Of a stretch of 64,000 nt of DNA, positions 27,209 through 35,834 are shown in pieces (the first letter of the stretch is position 1; each line of letters begins with the position of its first letter). The notes under the pieces are model-generated. The model worked only from the letters and a program-made list of their open reading frames with translations, searched no databases and was not told where the DNA came from. This DNA is from Candidatus Zixiibacteriota bacterium (GTDB lineage Bacteria; Zixibacteria; MSB-5A5; UBA10806; 4484-95): the NCBI GenBank assembly GCA_037441845.1, contig JBBIRK010000008.1:10226-74225 (forward strand). Direction: 5' to 3'. The position numbers and the translations under genes are program-made.

Positions 27209-28537
27209 ATGCCAAGTATCATCATAGTTGATGACGATAAGGCTTTGCGGAAAAATCTCGCCTTTTATCTCAGAAGTCAGGGCTATGATGTTGATACGGC
27301 CGAAAGCGGCGAAGAAGCGGTCGTCAAGATAGAAGAAAAGTTGTTCGATGTTATAGTCACCGATTGCCGAATGGCCAAGATGTCGGGGATGGAATTGATT
27401 AAAATCGCCAAGAAATCGCGGCCGTCGGCTGAAATCATCGTGATAACCGGCTATGGCACTATCCCTATGGCAGTCGAGGCGATACAAAGCGGAGCGGCGG
27501 AATTTCTCTGCAAGCCGTTCGAATTTCCCAAACTGCTGAACGCCATCGAGCTGGTTCTGAAAAAGAGAGAAAAGCTGGTAGTCGAAAGCAACGACAAATA
27601 CGACCGCATCATTACCAAGTCCCAAAAAATGAGCGACGTGCTCGATTTGGTGGCCAAAGGAGCCGCAACCTCGGTGCCGGTGCATATCGAGGGAGAGGTC
27701 GGAACCGGCAAGGAATTGATTGCGCGGTCGATCCACGCCCGCTCCGATCGCCATGGCGCCAATTTCGTGACCGTGGTATGCGCCACCAACAACGAACAGG
27801 AACTTGTCGCCGAGCTGTTCGGATCGGTCAACGATGCGGGGGAGTACGTCCCGGGAGCAATAGCCATGGCCGACGGCGGGACCCTCTTTTTGAAGGACGT
27901 CGACTCGCTCAGCCAGAGCCTGCAGGTTCGTCTGCTGAAGTTTCTGCAGGACGGCTTCATGACTTTCGGCGACAAGTATCAAAAGGTGAAGTCCGACGTC
28001 AGGTTGATATGTTCCAGCACAAAAAGTCTTAAAAGGCTGGTGGCGTCGGGGCACTTCCGCGAAGACTTGTTTTATTCGATCAACATAATGCCTATTTACG
28101 TGCCGCCCTTGCGCAATCGCATTTCCGATATTTTCCCTCTGGTGAATCATTTCCTGGAAAAGTATTCGGCAAAATTCAATAAGGATATCAAGGCTCTGTC
28201 ACCCGACGTCCTTTCGTGGATGCAGACCTATCAATGGCCGGGCAACGTGGCCGAGCTGGAAAATATCATCTCGCGTGCGGCTTCGTTGGCGACATCCGAG
28301 TACATCGACGAATCGTTGATATTTACGCTTCCGAAAGACCGTCCGATCTCCGAGGAAGCCCCCGGATTCTTGAACCTTACGCTTAAGGACAACCAGAAAT
28401 CGCTCATTCTTAAGGCGCTCAAACAAAACAACGGGAATTACTCGAGAACCGCCCAGCAGCTCGGGATCTCCCGAACTACTCTCTGGCGGCGCATGAAACG
28501 ATTCAATATCGAGGAAATTCACCAGGCTGAAGCTTGA
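27209..28537 (+). CDS. NtrC-family response regulator (REC-AAA+-Fis HTH) with atypical AAA+ domain
   Basis: REC with VDDD/VTD/KP; GEVGTGKE; FREDLFY; WPGNVAEL; LGISRTTLWRR HTH. GAFTGA absent; Walker B reads LFLKDV. Confidence 0.9.
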   Translation: MPSIIIVDDDKALRKNLAFYLRSQGYDVDTAESGEEAVVKIEEKLFDVIVTDCRMAKMSGMELIKIAKKSRPSAEIIVITGYGTIPMAVEAIQSGAAEFLCKPFEFPKLLNAIELVLKKREKLVVESNDKYDRIITKSQKMSDVLDLVAKGAATSVPVHIEGEVGTGKELIARSIHARSDRHGANFVTVVCATNNEQELVAELFGSVNDAGEYVPGAIAMADGGTLFLKDVDSLSQSLQVRLLKFLQDGFMTFGDKYQKVKSDVRLICSSTKSLKRLVASGHFREDLFYSINIMPIYVPPLRNRISDIFPLVNHFLEKYSAKFNKDIKALSPDVLSWMQTYQWPGNVAELENIISRAASLATSEYIDESLIFTLPKDRPISEEAPGFLNLTLKDNQKSLILKALKQNNGNYSRTAQQLGISRTTLWRRMKRFNIEEIHQAEA

Positions 28538-28721
28538 GCGGCTGACCGATCCAATTCGACGATAATCCTGACGCCCGCATTGAAAAGGGCCGTGATCCAA
28601 TCTGGTCAATCCTGTCCTTTATTAGATTTTTTCTTGAAATCTTTTTAGGCTGCGATTATAATGGGGAAGTTTTCGACTTCTTTGAGACGTCTGCGGTTGA
28701 TTTTAGGAGGGAGTTCGCGAA

Positions 28722-29447
28722 ATTCGCAGCTGGATTGCGCTGTTTGTGGTATTAACGCTTGGGATCGGCCAGGCAATCGCAGAAAATAACCGGACAACGT
28801 CGTTACGGACAATTCCCTCGGGCGCGGAAACGCCCGGACGCATAAACATCGGATATGCCCTCGGCGATTCAGGGGAATTGCCCAGCCCCGCCTTAACAGG
28901 CGAAGTAATTCTTGCCTGGACGGCATCGGGCGACGACAGCCTTACAGGAACCGCCTACGGTTACGATGTAAGATTTCGCAGCGACAGCCTCGGACCGATT
29001 CTGACGCTCGCCAATTTCATTATGTCGCGCCAGGTGCTCGGCGAACCGCCGCCGTCTCCGCCGGGAACCCGCGATTCCATGATCGTCACCGGACTGGTTC
29101 CGGGCGCCGGGTATTATTTCTGCATGGTGGTTTTCGATGAAAATTATAACGTCTCCCGCCTATCGAGCTCACCACACGTCGTCGCCGGAGCCTCGGATTT
29201 TTTGCCTGGCGACGCGAACGGCGACGGTTTTATTCGGGGCAGCGACGTCTTATACTTGTTAGCCTATTTTCGGGACATTAATCCTCCGCCGCAGCCGTAT
29301 TATGCGGGCGATGCCAACGGCGATTGCATCGTTGGGCCGGCTGATTTAACCTATTTGACCAACTACCTTAAAGGTTTCGGGGCGGCGCCGGTGAGCGGCG
29401 AATGCCCACCTCTTCTGCTGGGAAAGATTGGCGAATCTTCCCCTTGA
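28722..29447 (+). CDS. Small secreted FN3-like + dockerin-like protein
   Basis: WTASGDD...YDVRF...GLVPG..YYF FN3-like domain; GDANGDG...GDANGDC dockerin-like pair. ORF track start is 28746; ATT at 28722 proposed. Confidence 0.8.
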   Translation: MRSWIALFVVLTLGIGQAIAENNRTTSLRTIPSGAETPGRINIGYALGDSGELPSPALTGEVILAWTASGDDSLTGTAYGYDVRFRSDSLGPILTLANFIMSRQVLGEPPPSPPGTRDSMIVTGLVPGAGYYFCMVVFDENYNVSRLSSSPHVVAGASDFLPGDANGDGFIRGSDVLYLLAYFRDINPPPQPYYAGDANGDCIVGPADLTYLTNYLKGFGAAPVSGECPPLLLGKIGESSP

Positions 29448-29498
29448 CCGATAACGAACGCTTGTCCTTCCGCCGAGACGAACGCGGGAACTTTTCTC

Positions 29499-29528
29499 TT
29501 GCCCACCTTAATATAATCTGTCTATACT
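29499..29528 (+). promoter_or_regulatory. Putative sigma70 promoter upstream of the cassette and secA
   Basis: TTGCCC-N18-TATACT, with a further TATAAT inside the spacer. Confidence 0.45.
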
Positions 29529-29538
29529 GAATCGGATT

Positions 29539-29858
29539 TTAGACAAAAGAAGGTAACAAATGGGATTCGATGTTCGTGTCGTCAACGCCAAGGGGAGAGG
29601 CATTCAAGGCGTTCGTGTGGTTCTCGAATTCACGAGCAGACTGCGAGGCATGACCGCTGCGGAATATACGGACTCCGACGGCTATGCGGAGTTCGATAGA
29701 TACGACGAAGGCGAAGTCAAGGTATATATAGATAAGTCGAGCTACGGCACATATCGTTACGAAGACGGTGGAAGTATAACAATTACTAAATAGAATCGGC
29801 CTCCTTCTAACAGCGGCATGCAGCCGACCGCACTGCGCGAGGCGGCTGACGCCGAGCG
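29539..29858 (+). mobile_element. Solitary integron gene cassette (one ORF + attC), no integrase in window
   Basis: Begins TTAGAC (TTRRRY), ATG 21 nt after its start, ORF stop 11 nt before the attC; TTAGA is complementary to TCTAA of the R'' box. Confidence 0.72.
29560..29793 (+). CDS. Cassette-encoded 77-aa hypothetical protein, probably a small beta-sandwich
   Basis: AGAAGG RBS; VRVVN..G.GI.GVRV...TDSDGYAEF resembles the carboxypeptidase-regulatory-like/prealbumin pattern; no signal peptide. Confidence 0.7.
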   Translation: MGFDVRVVNAKGRGIQGVRVVLEFTSRLRGMTAAEYTDSDGYAEFDRYDEGEVKVYIDKSSYGTYRYEDGGSITITK

Positions 29859-29864
29859 TTAAGC
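29805..29864 (+). repeat. attC recombination site (60 bp)
   Basis: R'' TTCTAAC - 5 nt - L'' CATGCAGC ... L' GCTGACG - 6 nt - R' GTTAAGC. Arms CGGCAT[G]CAGCCG[A]CC and GGCGGCTGACGCCG pair with two extrahelical bases. Confidence 0.82.
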
Positions 29865-29954
29865 TGATCGGCTGATCTATTCGGCGCTGATTCCGGTTGT
29901 TTTGATTATCATGAAAATTTCCGGACCGCCGGGACAGGAAGGCATCTTCGACAA

Positions 29955-32900
29955 ATGAGTATCCTGACGCGCATTTTCGGTTCAAAACACGATCGAGACA
30001 TTAAGAGGTTGCAGCCGCGAATCGCCGAGATCAATCAAATATACGATTCGCTAAAAGATAAAAGCGACGACTGGTTCGCCGATCGAACCCGTGAACTCAA
30101 ACAAGCCCTTAAGCAACCTGTCGATGAATATCTGGAGCGAATAGCTCAAGAGGAAGACTTAACCCCGGAAAGAAAAAAGGAACTATACGGCGAGATCCTC
30201 GGTCCGCAACTCGATGCTCTACTTCCCGAGGCTTTCGCCATGGTCAAAGAAGTTTGCCGGCGGTTGGTCGGCAGAAGTTGGGACGTTTGCGGTATCACCA
30301 CCCGCTGGGACATGGTGCCTTACGATTGCCAATTGATCGGCGGCATAGTGTTGCACGAGGGCAAGATCGCCGAGATGGCCACCGGTGAGGGAAAAACTTT
30401 GGTGGCCACCATGCCGCTATATCTAAACGCCTTGACCGGATTGGGAGTGCATCTGGTGACGGTCAACGACTATCTGGCGCGGCGCGACTCCGAATGGATG
30501 GGGCAGATTTATAAATTCCTCGGTCTCACCGTCGGCTGTATCCAAACCCAGATGCCGCCTCAGGAAAGACGCGAACAGTACAATTGCGACATCGTTTACG
30601 GTACAAACAACGAATTCGGTTTCGATTATCTCAGGGACAACATGGCGATTCGGGCCGAGGATATGGTCCAGCGGGGATTCTTCTATGCCATCGTCGACGA
30701 AGTCGATTCGGTGTTGATCGACGAGGCGCGCACACCGCTGATTATTTCCGGTCCGGTCGAATCCAGCATGAATTTCCGCTTCAATGAAATGAAACCGCTG
30801 GTGGCGAATCTGGTGCGAAAACAAAATCAGCTGTGCGCGGCTCTGATCAGCGAAGGCGAAAAGCTTTTGGAGGAGGGCAAAGAATACGAAGCCGGCGTCA
30901 AATTCTTGATCGCAGAACGCGGGGCGCCCAAAAATAAGCGGCTGCTTAAACTTTACAAAGAACGCGGCGTAAAGCAACTGGTGCAGCGCGTATTGACGGA
31001 TTATATGCGCGACAAAAAACTGCACGAACTGGACAATCAACTGTATTTCTCTATCGATGAACGTGAGCACACGATCACTCTCGAAGATATGGGACGGGCG
31101 CTGCTTTCGCCTGACGATCAGAAACTGTTCGAAATACCGGATATCGCCGACGGCTTGGTCGCCATAGACAACGATAGCCGCCTCAGCGACGAGGAAAAAA
31201 TCGCCGCCAAGGAAGAGTTATACCGCCGGCACGCCGAAAGATCCGAGAAAAACCACGCCATCAACCAGCTCCTGCGCGCTTTCCAGCTTTACGAAAAAGA
31301 CAACGAATACGTGGTTCAGGATGGCAAGGTATTGATCGTCGATGAGTTCACCGGCCGACTGATGCCCGGACGTCGCTATTCCGATGGGTTGCACCAGGCG
31401 ATCGAGGCCAAAGAAGGGGTGACGATCGAAGGCGAAACCCAAACCTTGGCCACTATCACGCTGCAAAATTATTTCCGCATGTACGACAAACTGGCAGGAA
31501 TGACCGGCACCGCCGAAACCGAAGCCTCGGAGTTCTGGGAAATCTACAAACTCGACGTAGTGGTCATTCCCACCAACCGTCCCGTCAGGCGCATCGACTA
31601 CGAAGATCAGATTTACCGCACCCGCAACGAAAAATACAAAGCCATCATCGACGAAATCGTCCGCCTGCACGATCAGAATATCCCGGTCCTCGTCGGCACG
31701 GTGTCGGTGGAGGTATCCGAGATTCTTTCGCGGATGCTGAAGCGCCAAGGGATCGGCCATTCGGTTCTGAACGCGAAATACCATCAACAGGAAGCCGAAA
31801 TCGTGGCCAAGGCTGGAATCCCGGGCGCGGTGACGATCGCAACCAATATGGCCGGCCGCGGAACCGATATCAAGCTCGGCGAGAAGGTGGTCAAGTCACC
31901 TTTCTGCATGCTGGTCCGGCCGGTTTCGGATAAAGATCAATGTCCATTCTACGCCGAATTGAATTGCGAGAAAAACGTACCCTGCGGTCTGCATATAATC
32001 GGGACCGAACGACATGAATCGCGCCGCATCGATCGGCAATTGCGGGGCCGCGCCGGTCGCCAGGGCGATCCCGGCAGTTCGCGGTTTTATTTGTCGCTCG
32101 AGGACGATCTAATGCGCTTGTTCGGCTCCGACAGAATCGCCGTAGTCATGGACCGCCTGGGAGCCAAAGAGGGCGAAGTTATCGAGCACGGAATGGTGAC
32201 CCGAGCGATCGAGCGCGCCCAAAAACGGGTCGAGGCGCAGAATTTCGCGATTCGCAAGCACCTGCTCGAATACGATAACGTGATGAACAGCCAAAGAGAG
32301 GTTATCTATAACCGTCGATTGGGATGTCTGAAAGACAAGAATCTTAGAGAAGAGACCATTGAACAAATCCACGAATTGATCGAAAACAGCGTGCGGGAGT
32401 TCTGCCCCGACAACGAATATCCCGAAAACTGGAATATGAACGGCCTGCGCCAGAAAATGCGTAACCTCTTTCTAATGGATTTCAATTGGTTCAAAGAAGA
32501 GATAGCCAAGCTCACCCAGCAGGAATTGGCAAACCGCTTGATAGAGGGGGCTATGAAAATCTACGAGGAGAAAGAGCGGATCCTGGGCGAGGATGTGATG
32601 CGCCGTCTCGAAAGATTTTCTTTTCTCATGGCGATCGACCACGAATGGAAAGAGCACCTTTATGAGATGGATCACCTGCGGACCGGAATCGGCTTACGAG
32701 CCTATGGGCAGCGCGATCCCTTGATAGAGTTCAAGAAAGAAGGATATAAAATGTTCATGGAGATGCTCGCCCGAATCGACGAGCAGGCGATCTCCAACAT
32801 TTTCAAATTGAGGCCGGCGGCAGAACCGACCAGAATTCCCCGCGGTCAGATGGCGGCCGTGAAACAGTCAACGGTGGGAATGGGTGTGGCCGGCGCCCGA

Positions 32901-33083
32901 GAGCGAGCCGAAGGCTTTTCCGGAGATCCGGGAATCGGAATCGCCGGCCGCCGAGGCGGCGATCCAAACGAAACCTCCGAAAAACCGCGCCCGATAAGAG
33001 TCGAAAAGAAGGTCGGCCGCAACGAGCCCTGTCCCTGCGGCTCTGGCAAAAAATTCAAACATTGCCATGGCAAAAACGAGTGA
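29955..33083 (+). CDS. secA: Preprotein translocase ATPase SecA
   Basis: EMATGEGKT, VTVNDYLARRD, DEVDSVLIDEARTPLIISG, ATNMAGRGTDIKL, GTERHESRRID, C-terminal GRNEPCPCGSGKKFKHCH. Confidence 0.99.
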   Translation: MSILTRIFGSKHDRDIKRLQPRIAEINQIYDSLKDKSDDWFADRTRELKQALKQPVDEYLERIAQEEDLTPERKKELYGEILGPQLDALLPEAFAMVKEVCRRLVGRSWDVCGITTRWDMVPYDCQLIGGIVLHEGKIAEMATGEGKTLVATMPLYLNALTGLGVHLVTVNDYLARRDSEWMGQIYKFLGLTVGCIQTQMPPQERREQYNCDIVYGTNNEFGFDYLRDNMAIRAEDMVQRGFFYAIVDEVDSVLIDEARTPLIISGPVESSMNFRFNEMKPLVANLVRKQNQLCAALISEGEKLLEEGKEYEAGVKFLIAERGAPKNKRLLKLYKERGVKQLVQRVLTDYMRDKKLHELDNQLYFSIDEREHTITLEDMGRALLSPDDQKLFEIPDIADGLVAIDNDSRLSDEEKIAAKEELYRRHAERSEKNHAINQLLRAFQLYEKDNEYVVQDGKVLIVDEFTGRLMPGRRYSDGLHQAIEAKEGVTIEGETQTLATITLQNYFRMYDKLAGMTGTAETEASEFWEIYKLDVVVIPTNRPVRRIDYEDQIYRTRNEKYKAIIDEIVRLHDQNIPVLVGTVSVEVSEILSRMLKRQGIGHSVLNAKYHQQEAEIVAKAGIPGAVTIATNMAGRGTDIKLGEKVVKSPFCMLVRPVSDKDQCPFYAELNCEKNVPCGLHIIGTERHESRRIDRQLRGRAGRQGDPGSSRFYLSLEDDLMRLFGSDRIAVVMDRLGAKEGEVIEHGMVTRAIERAQKRVEAQNFAIRKHLLEYDNVMNSQREVIYNRRLGCLKDKNLREETIEQIHELIENSVREFCPDNEYPENWNMNGLRQKMRNLFLMDFNWFKEEIAKLTQQELANRLIEGAMKIYEEKERILGEDVMRRLERFSFLMAIDHEWKEHLYEMDHLRTGIGLRAYGQRDPLIEFKKEGYKMFMEMLARIDEQAISNIFKLRPAAEPTRIPRGQMAAVKQSTVGMGVAGARERAEGFSGDPGIGIAGRRGGDPNETSEKPRPIRVEKKVGRNEPCPCGSGKKFKHCHGKNE

Positions 33084-33149
33084 CGGCGGGCTGAGCCGGA
33101 CTCAATGCAAAATTCGAGAACCCATATTCCCAAGACAAGTGAGGAGAAA

Positions 33150-34676
33150 ATGTCGCATCGTGGAGTTGAATCGAAACTAAAAAGAATAAATTTCGCGGCG
33201 GCGATCATCATGGTATCGCTGCTTTCGATCGGCTGTTCGGAAAGACCGCAGCCGGTGACCATACTTCACACCAACGATATGCACGGCCACTTTCTGCCTT
33301 GGCCGGCTCTGCGCGATAAACCGCCCATCGGCGGATTCGCCGCTCTCGATCACTATGTCGGACGCGAGCGCAAAATCGATCCCCGCGCTTTGCTTCTCGA
33401 CTGTGGCGATCTTATGACCGGAAATCTGATCTGCAACATCGAATTCAAAGGTGCCGAAGGCGGGGCATTGATTGAAATGATAAACATTATCGGCTACGAT
33501 GGAATGGTGTTCGGCAATCACGAGCTGGATAAGCCGATTTCGAATCTGCGAAAATTCATGGAAATCGCCGAGTTCCCTTTCATTTGCGCCAATTTCACCG
33601 ATTCTGCGGGAAACGACTTCACCCGGGAGAAATATCATATCTACAACTTGGGCGGCGTTAAGGTTGGTGTAATCGGCGTTACGTATCATCGCATGGCCGG
33701 CATGGCCGACCCCGAAAATCTCGAGGGATTCAACTCGACCGATCCGGCTGAAGCGATCAATCGAATCATCCCCGAACTCGATCCTCAAACCGATCTGATC
33801 GTGGTCCTCTCGCATCTCGGAATCGAGGCCGACCGGGAGCTGGCGCAGAAAATAAAGGGTGTCGATATCATCCTCGGGGGACACAGCCACACTCGGCTCG
33901 ATCAGCCGGAAAAAGTCAACGGTATTCTTATCTGCCAGACCGGTTCTCATGCAAGATACCTGGGGAAACTAACCCTTCAAGTGGCCGGTGACAGCATTTA
34001 CAGCTGGCATGATACGCTTATCGCCATGGTAATCGATAATATAAAACCGGACACGACCTTGCAGGCCTTGATCGACAGCATGGCGGGAATCATAGAGGGG
34101 AAATTCGGCGCGGTGATCGGAACTTTGGCCAGCGACTGGGAGACCGCCTATCAGTCGGAATCGAATATCGGCAATTGGGTGACCGACATGTTGAGAGCCA
34201 AAACCGGAGTCGATATAGCGATAGTCAACTCGGGGGGGATTCGCAAACGCATTCCCGCCGGCCCGATAACCTTGCGCGATGTATATGAAATGCTTCCGTT
34301 CGACAACTATGTCAGTTTTTTCGATTGCTCGGGAAATGATCTGCAAAAGATTTTCGCATCCAATGCCGACGCCGAAGCGGGGGAACGAAGCTATGGCAGT
34401 TTGCAAATCTCGGGCGCAACCTATGCCTATCGAATGGAAAACGGGACTCCTATTCTCAGCGACTTGAAAGTCGGCGGAAAACGGCTGGACCCCAATAAAA
34501 CCTACCGTATCGCCACGATCGATTACGTTATCGCCAACGCCGACAAATACTTCAAAATGACGCCTACCAACGTAAAGGAGACTAATCGGCTGCTTTCCGA
34601 CCTGATAGTCGAATGTATCAAGGAGGCGGGGGTGATCGATTCGAGGGTTGAAGGAAGGATCAAACGAAAAAACTGA
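33150..34676 (+). CDS. 5'-nucleotidase / UDP-sugar hydrolase (UshA-like) lipoprotein
   Basis: Lipobox-like LSIGC; HTNDMHG, DCGD, GNHE, SHLG, GGHSH, NSGGIR, LPFDN. GAGGAG RBS before ATG 33150. Confidence 0.93.
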   Translation: MSHRGVESKLKRINFAAAIIMVSLLSIGCSERPQPVTILHTNDMHGHFLPWPALRDKPPIGGFAALDHYVGRERKIDPRALLLDCGDLMTGNLICNIEFKGAEGGALIEMINIIGYDGMVFGNHELDKPISNLRKFMEIAEFPFICANFTDSAGNDFTREKYHIYNLGGVKVGVIGVTYHRMAGMADPENLEGFNSTDPAEAINRIIPELDPQTDLIVVLSHLGIEADRELAQKIKGVDIILGGHSHTRLDQPEKVNGILICQTGSHARYLGKLTLQVAGDSIYSWHDTLIAMVIDNIKPDTTLQALIDSMAGIIEGKFGAVIGTLASDWETAYQSESNIGNWVTDMLRAKTGVDIAIVNSGGIRKRIPAGPITLRDVYEMLPFDNYVSFFDCSGNDLQKIFASNADAEAGERSYGSLQISGATYAYRMENGTPILSDLKVGGKRLDPNKTYRIATIDYVIANADKYFKMTPTNVKETNRLLSDLIVECIKEAGVIDSRVEGRIKRKN

Positions 34677-34719
34677 TTGCGGGATTTTAGCTTCCGCAAC
34701 GACGGATGGGTGAAAAAAC

Positions 34720-34747
34720 AACGGGTGCAGGCGATTCTGCACCCGTT
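34720..34747. terminator. Hairpin terminator between convergent genes
   Basis: AACGGGTGCAG-gcgatt-CTGCACCCGTT; T run follows on the minus strand. Confidence 0.75.
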
Positions 34748-34775
34748 ATAATTCGGCCGCGGACTCCAATCGAAT

Positions 34776-35498
34776 TCAGATGATTTTCCGCACCAAAATG
34801 CATTCCATATAAGCCGGGCTTCCTTTCGGCTGCTGTTTCTGATATACTTCCTTGCGGGTATATCCCCAGCGCAGATAATACTCTTCGAACCCGAGCTCGG
34901 CGATTATTCTCATGAGCACCCAGCGATGTTTGGCCTCGGCGATGGCGAACTTTTCGGTTTCGCGAATGATAGCGCCCCCGATCCCTTGATGGCGGTAGGC
35001 CGGCAGGGTGCTGATATTGGTTATCTCGTAATACGGCTCGTTGTTGGTGTTATGCTTGTATTCCGATCCGGAATCCAATTGAACTGCGCCTATCACCTTG
35101 CCCAACTGCATCGCCATGAAAAAGCGGCTGCCCCGCTCCATCGCCATGCCGATATCATCGGCCGAAAGATTGGGCACGATGAAAGGCGAACGCCCGCGCA
35201 ACGGCGTGTTATTGGTTAGGGCTTCCTTGATTATGTAGGCTATATTGGGCGCATCTTCGGTGGTTGCGGGGACGATGGTGGTTCGCGGCTGAAGGTATCG
35301 CCGCAAGTTGGCTCCGCGTAGGTCGCGGGGGAATTTGTCCCCGGGAAGCGTCTCCAGCTCGTTCAGGAAAGGCAACCCCTCGAGGTGAACCGTCCAATCC
35401 TCGTTTTTCATTATCGCATCGGCGATATTCTGCAGCCGTTCCGGCTGTTTCTCCCAGCGCTGTTTCAGCAAATTTATCTTCTCGTCGGATAATAGCAC
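34776..35498 (-). CDS. GNAT-family N-acetyltransferase with ~70-aa N-terminal extension
   Basis: ISTLPAYRHQGIGGAII acetyl-CoA motif A; YYLRWGY motif B; GGGAGG RBS before GTG. Confidence 0.82.
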   Translation of the reverse strand: MLLSDEKINLLKQRWEKQPERLQNIADAIMKNEDWTVHLEGLPFLNELETLPGDKFPRDLRGANLRRYLQPRTTIVPATTEDAPNIAYIIKEALTNNTPLRGRSPFIVPNLSADDIGMAMERGSRFFMAMQLGKVIGAVQLDSGSEYKHNTNNEPYYEITNISTLPAYRHQGIGGAIIRETEKFAIAEAKHRWVLMRIIAELGFEEYYLRWGYTRKEVYQKQQPKGSPAYMECILVRKII

Positions 35499-35797
35499 CT
35501 AATCCTCCCGGAAAATTAACCTTTACTCGATAAGTCCTTTCGCCGGATTCCCCGACAGCCCATCATCGCTCCCTATATGTCCGGACAGCGGACAATAATA
35601 TACCGCTGATCGTTGCCTGTCGGCAACATGTTTTTGCCGAGAGCTGCCGGATATCCGAAAATTCAAGGCTTAGGTCGCGGAATAAACCGAAAGTAAATCG
35701 CGCTCCAGCGGACCTTCACGATTTATATTAACCGCAATCTTTCGATTAAGCGTAGATTGATGAAACGGCGGCGGACACCCGAGCCCCTATAAGCGGC

Positions 35798-35826
35798 TTG
35801 ACATGAGCACGACGGTTGGGTAACTT
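35798..35826 (+). promoter_or_regulatory. Putative sigma70 promoter giving a (near-)leaderless transcript
   Basis: TTGACA-N17-TAACTT, 8 nt before the ATG at 35835; no RBS. Confidence 0.55.
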
Positions 35827-35834
35827 CTGCGGCG

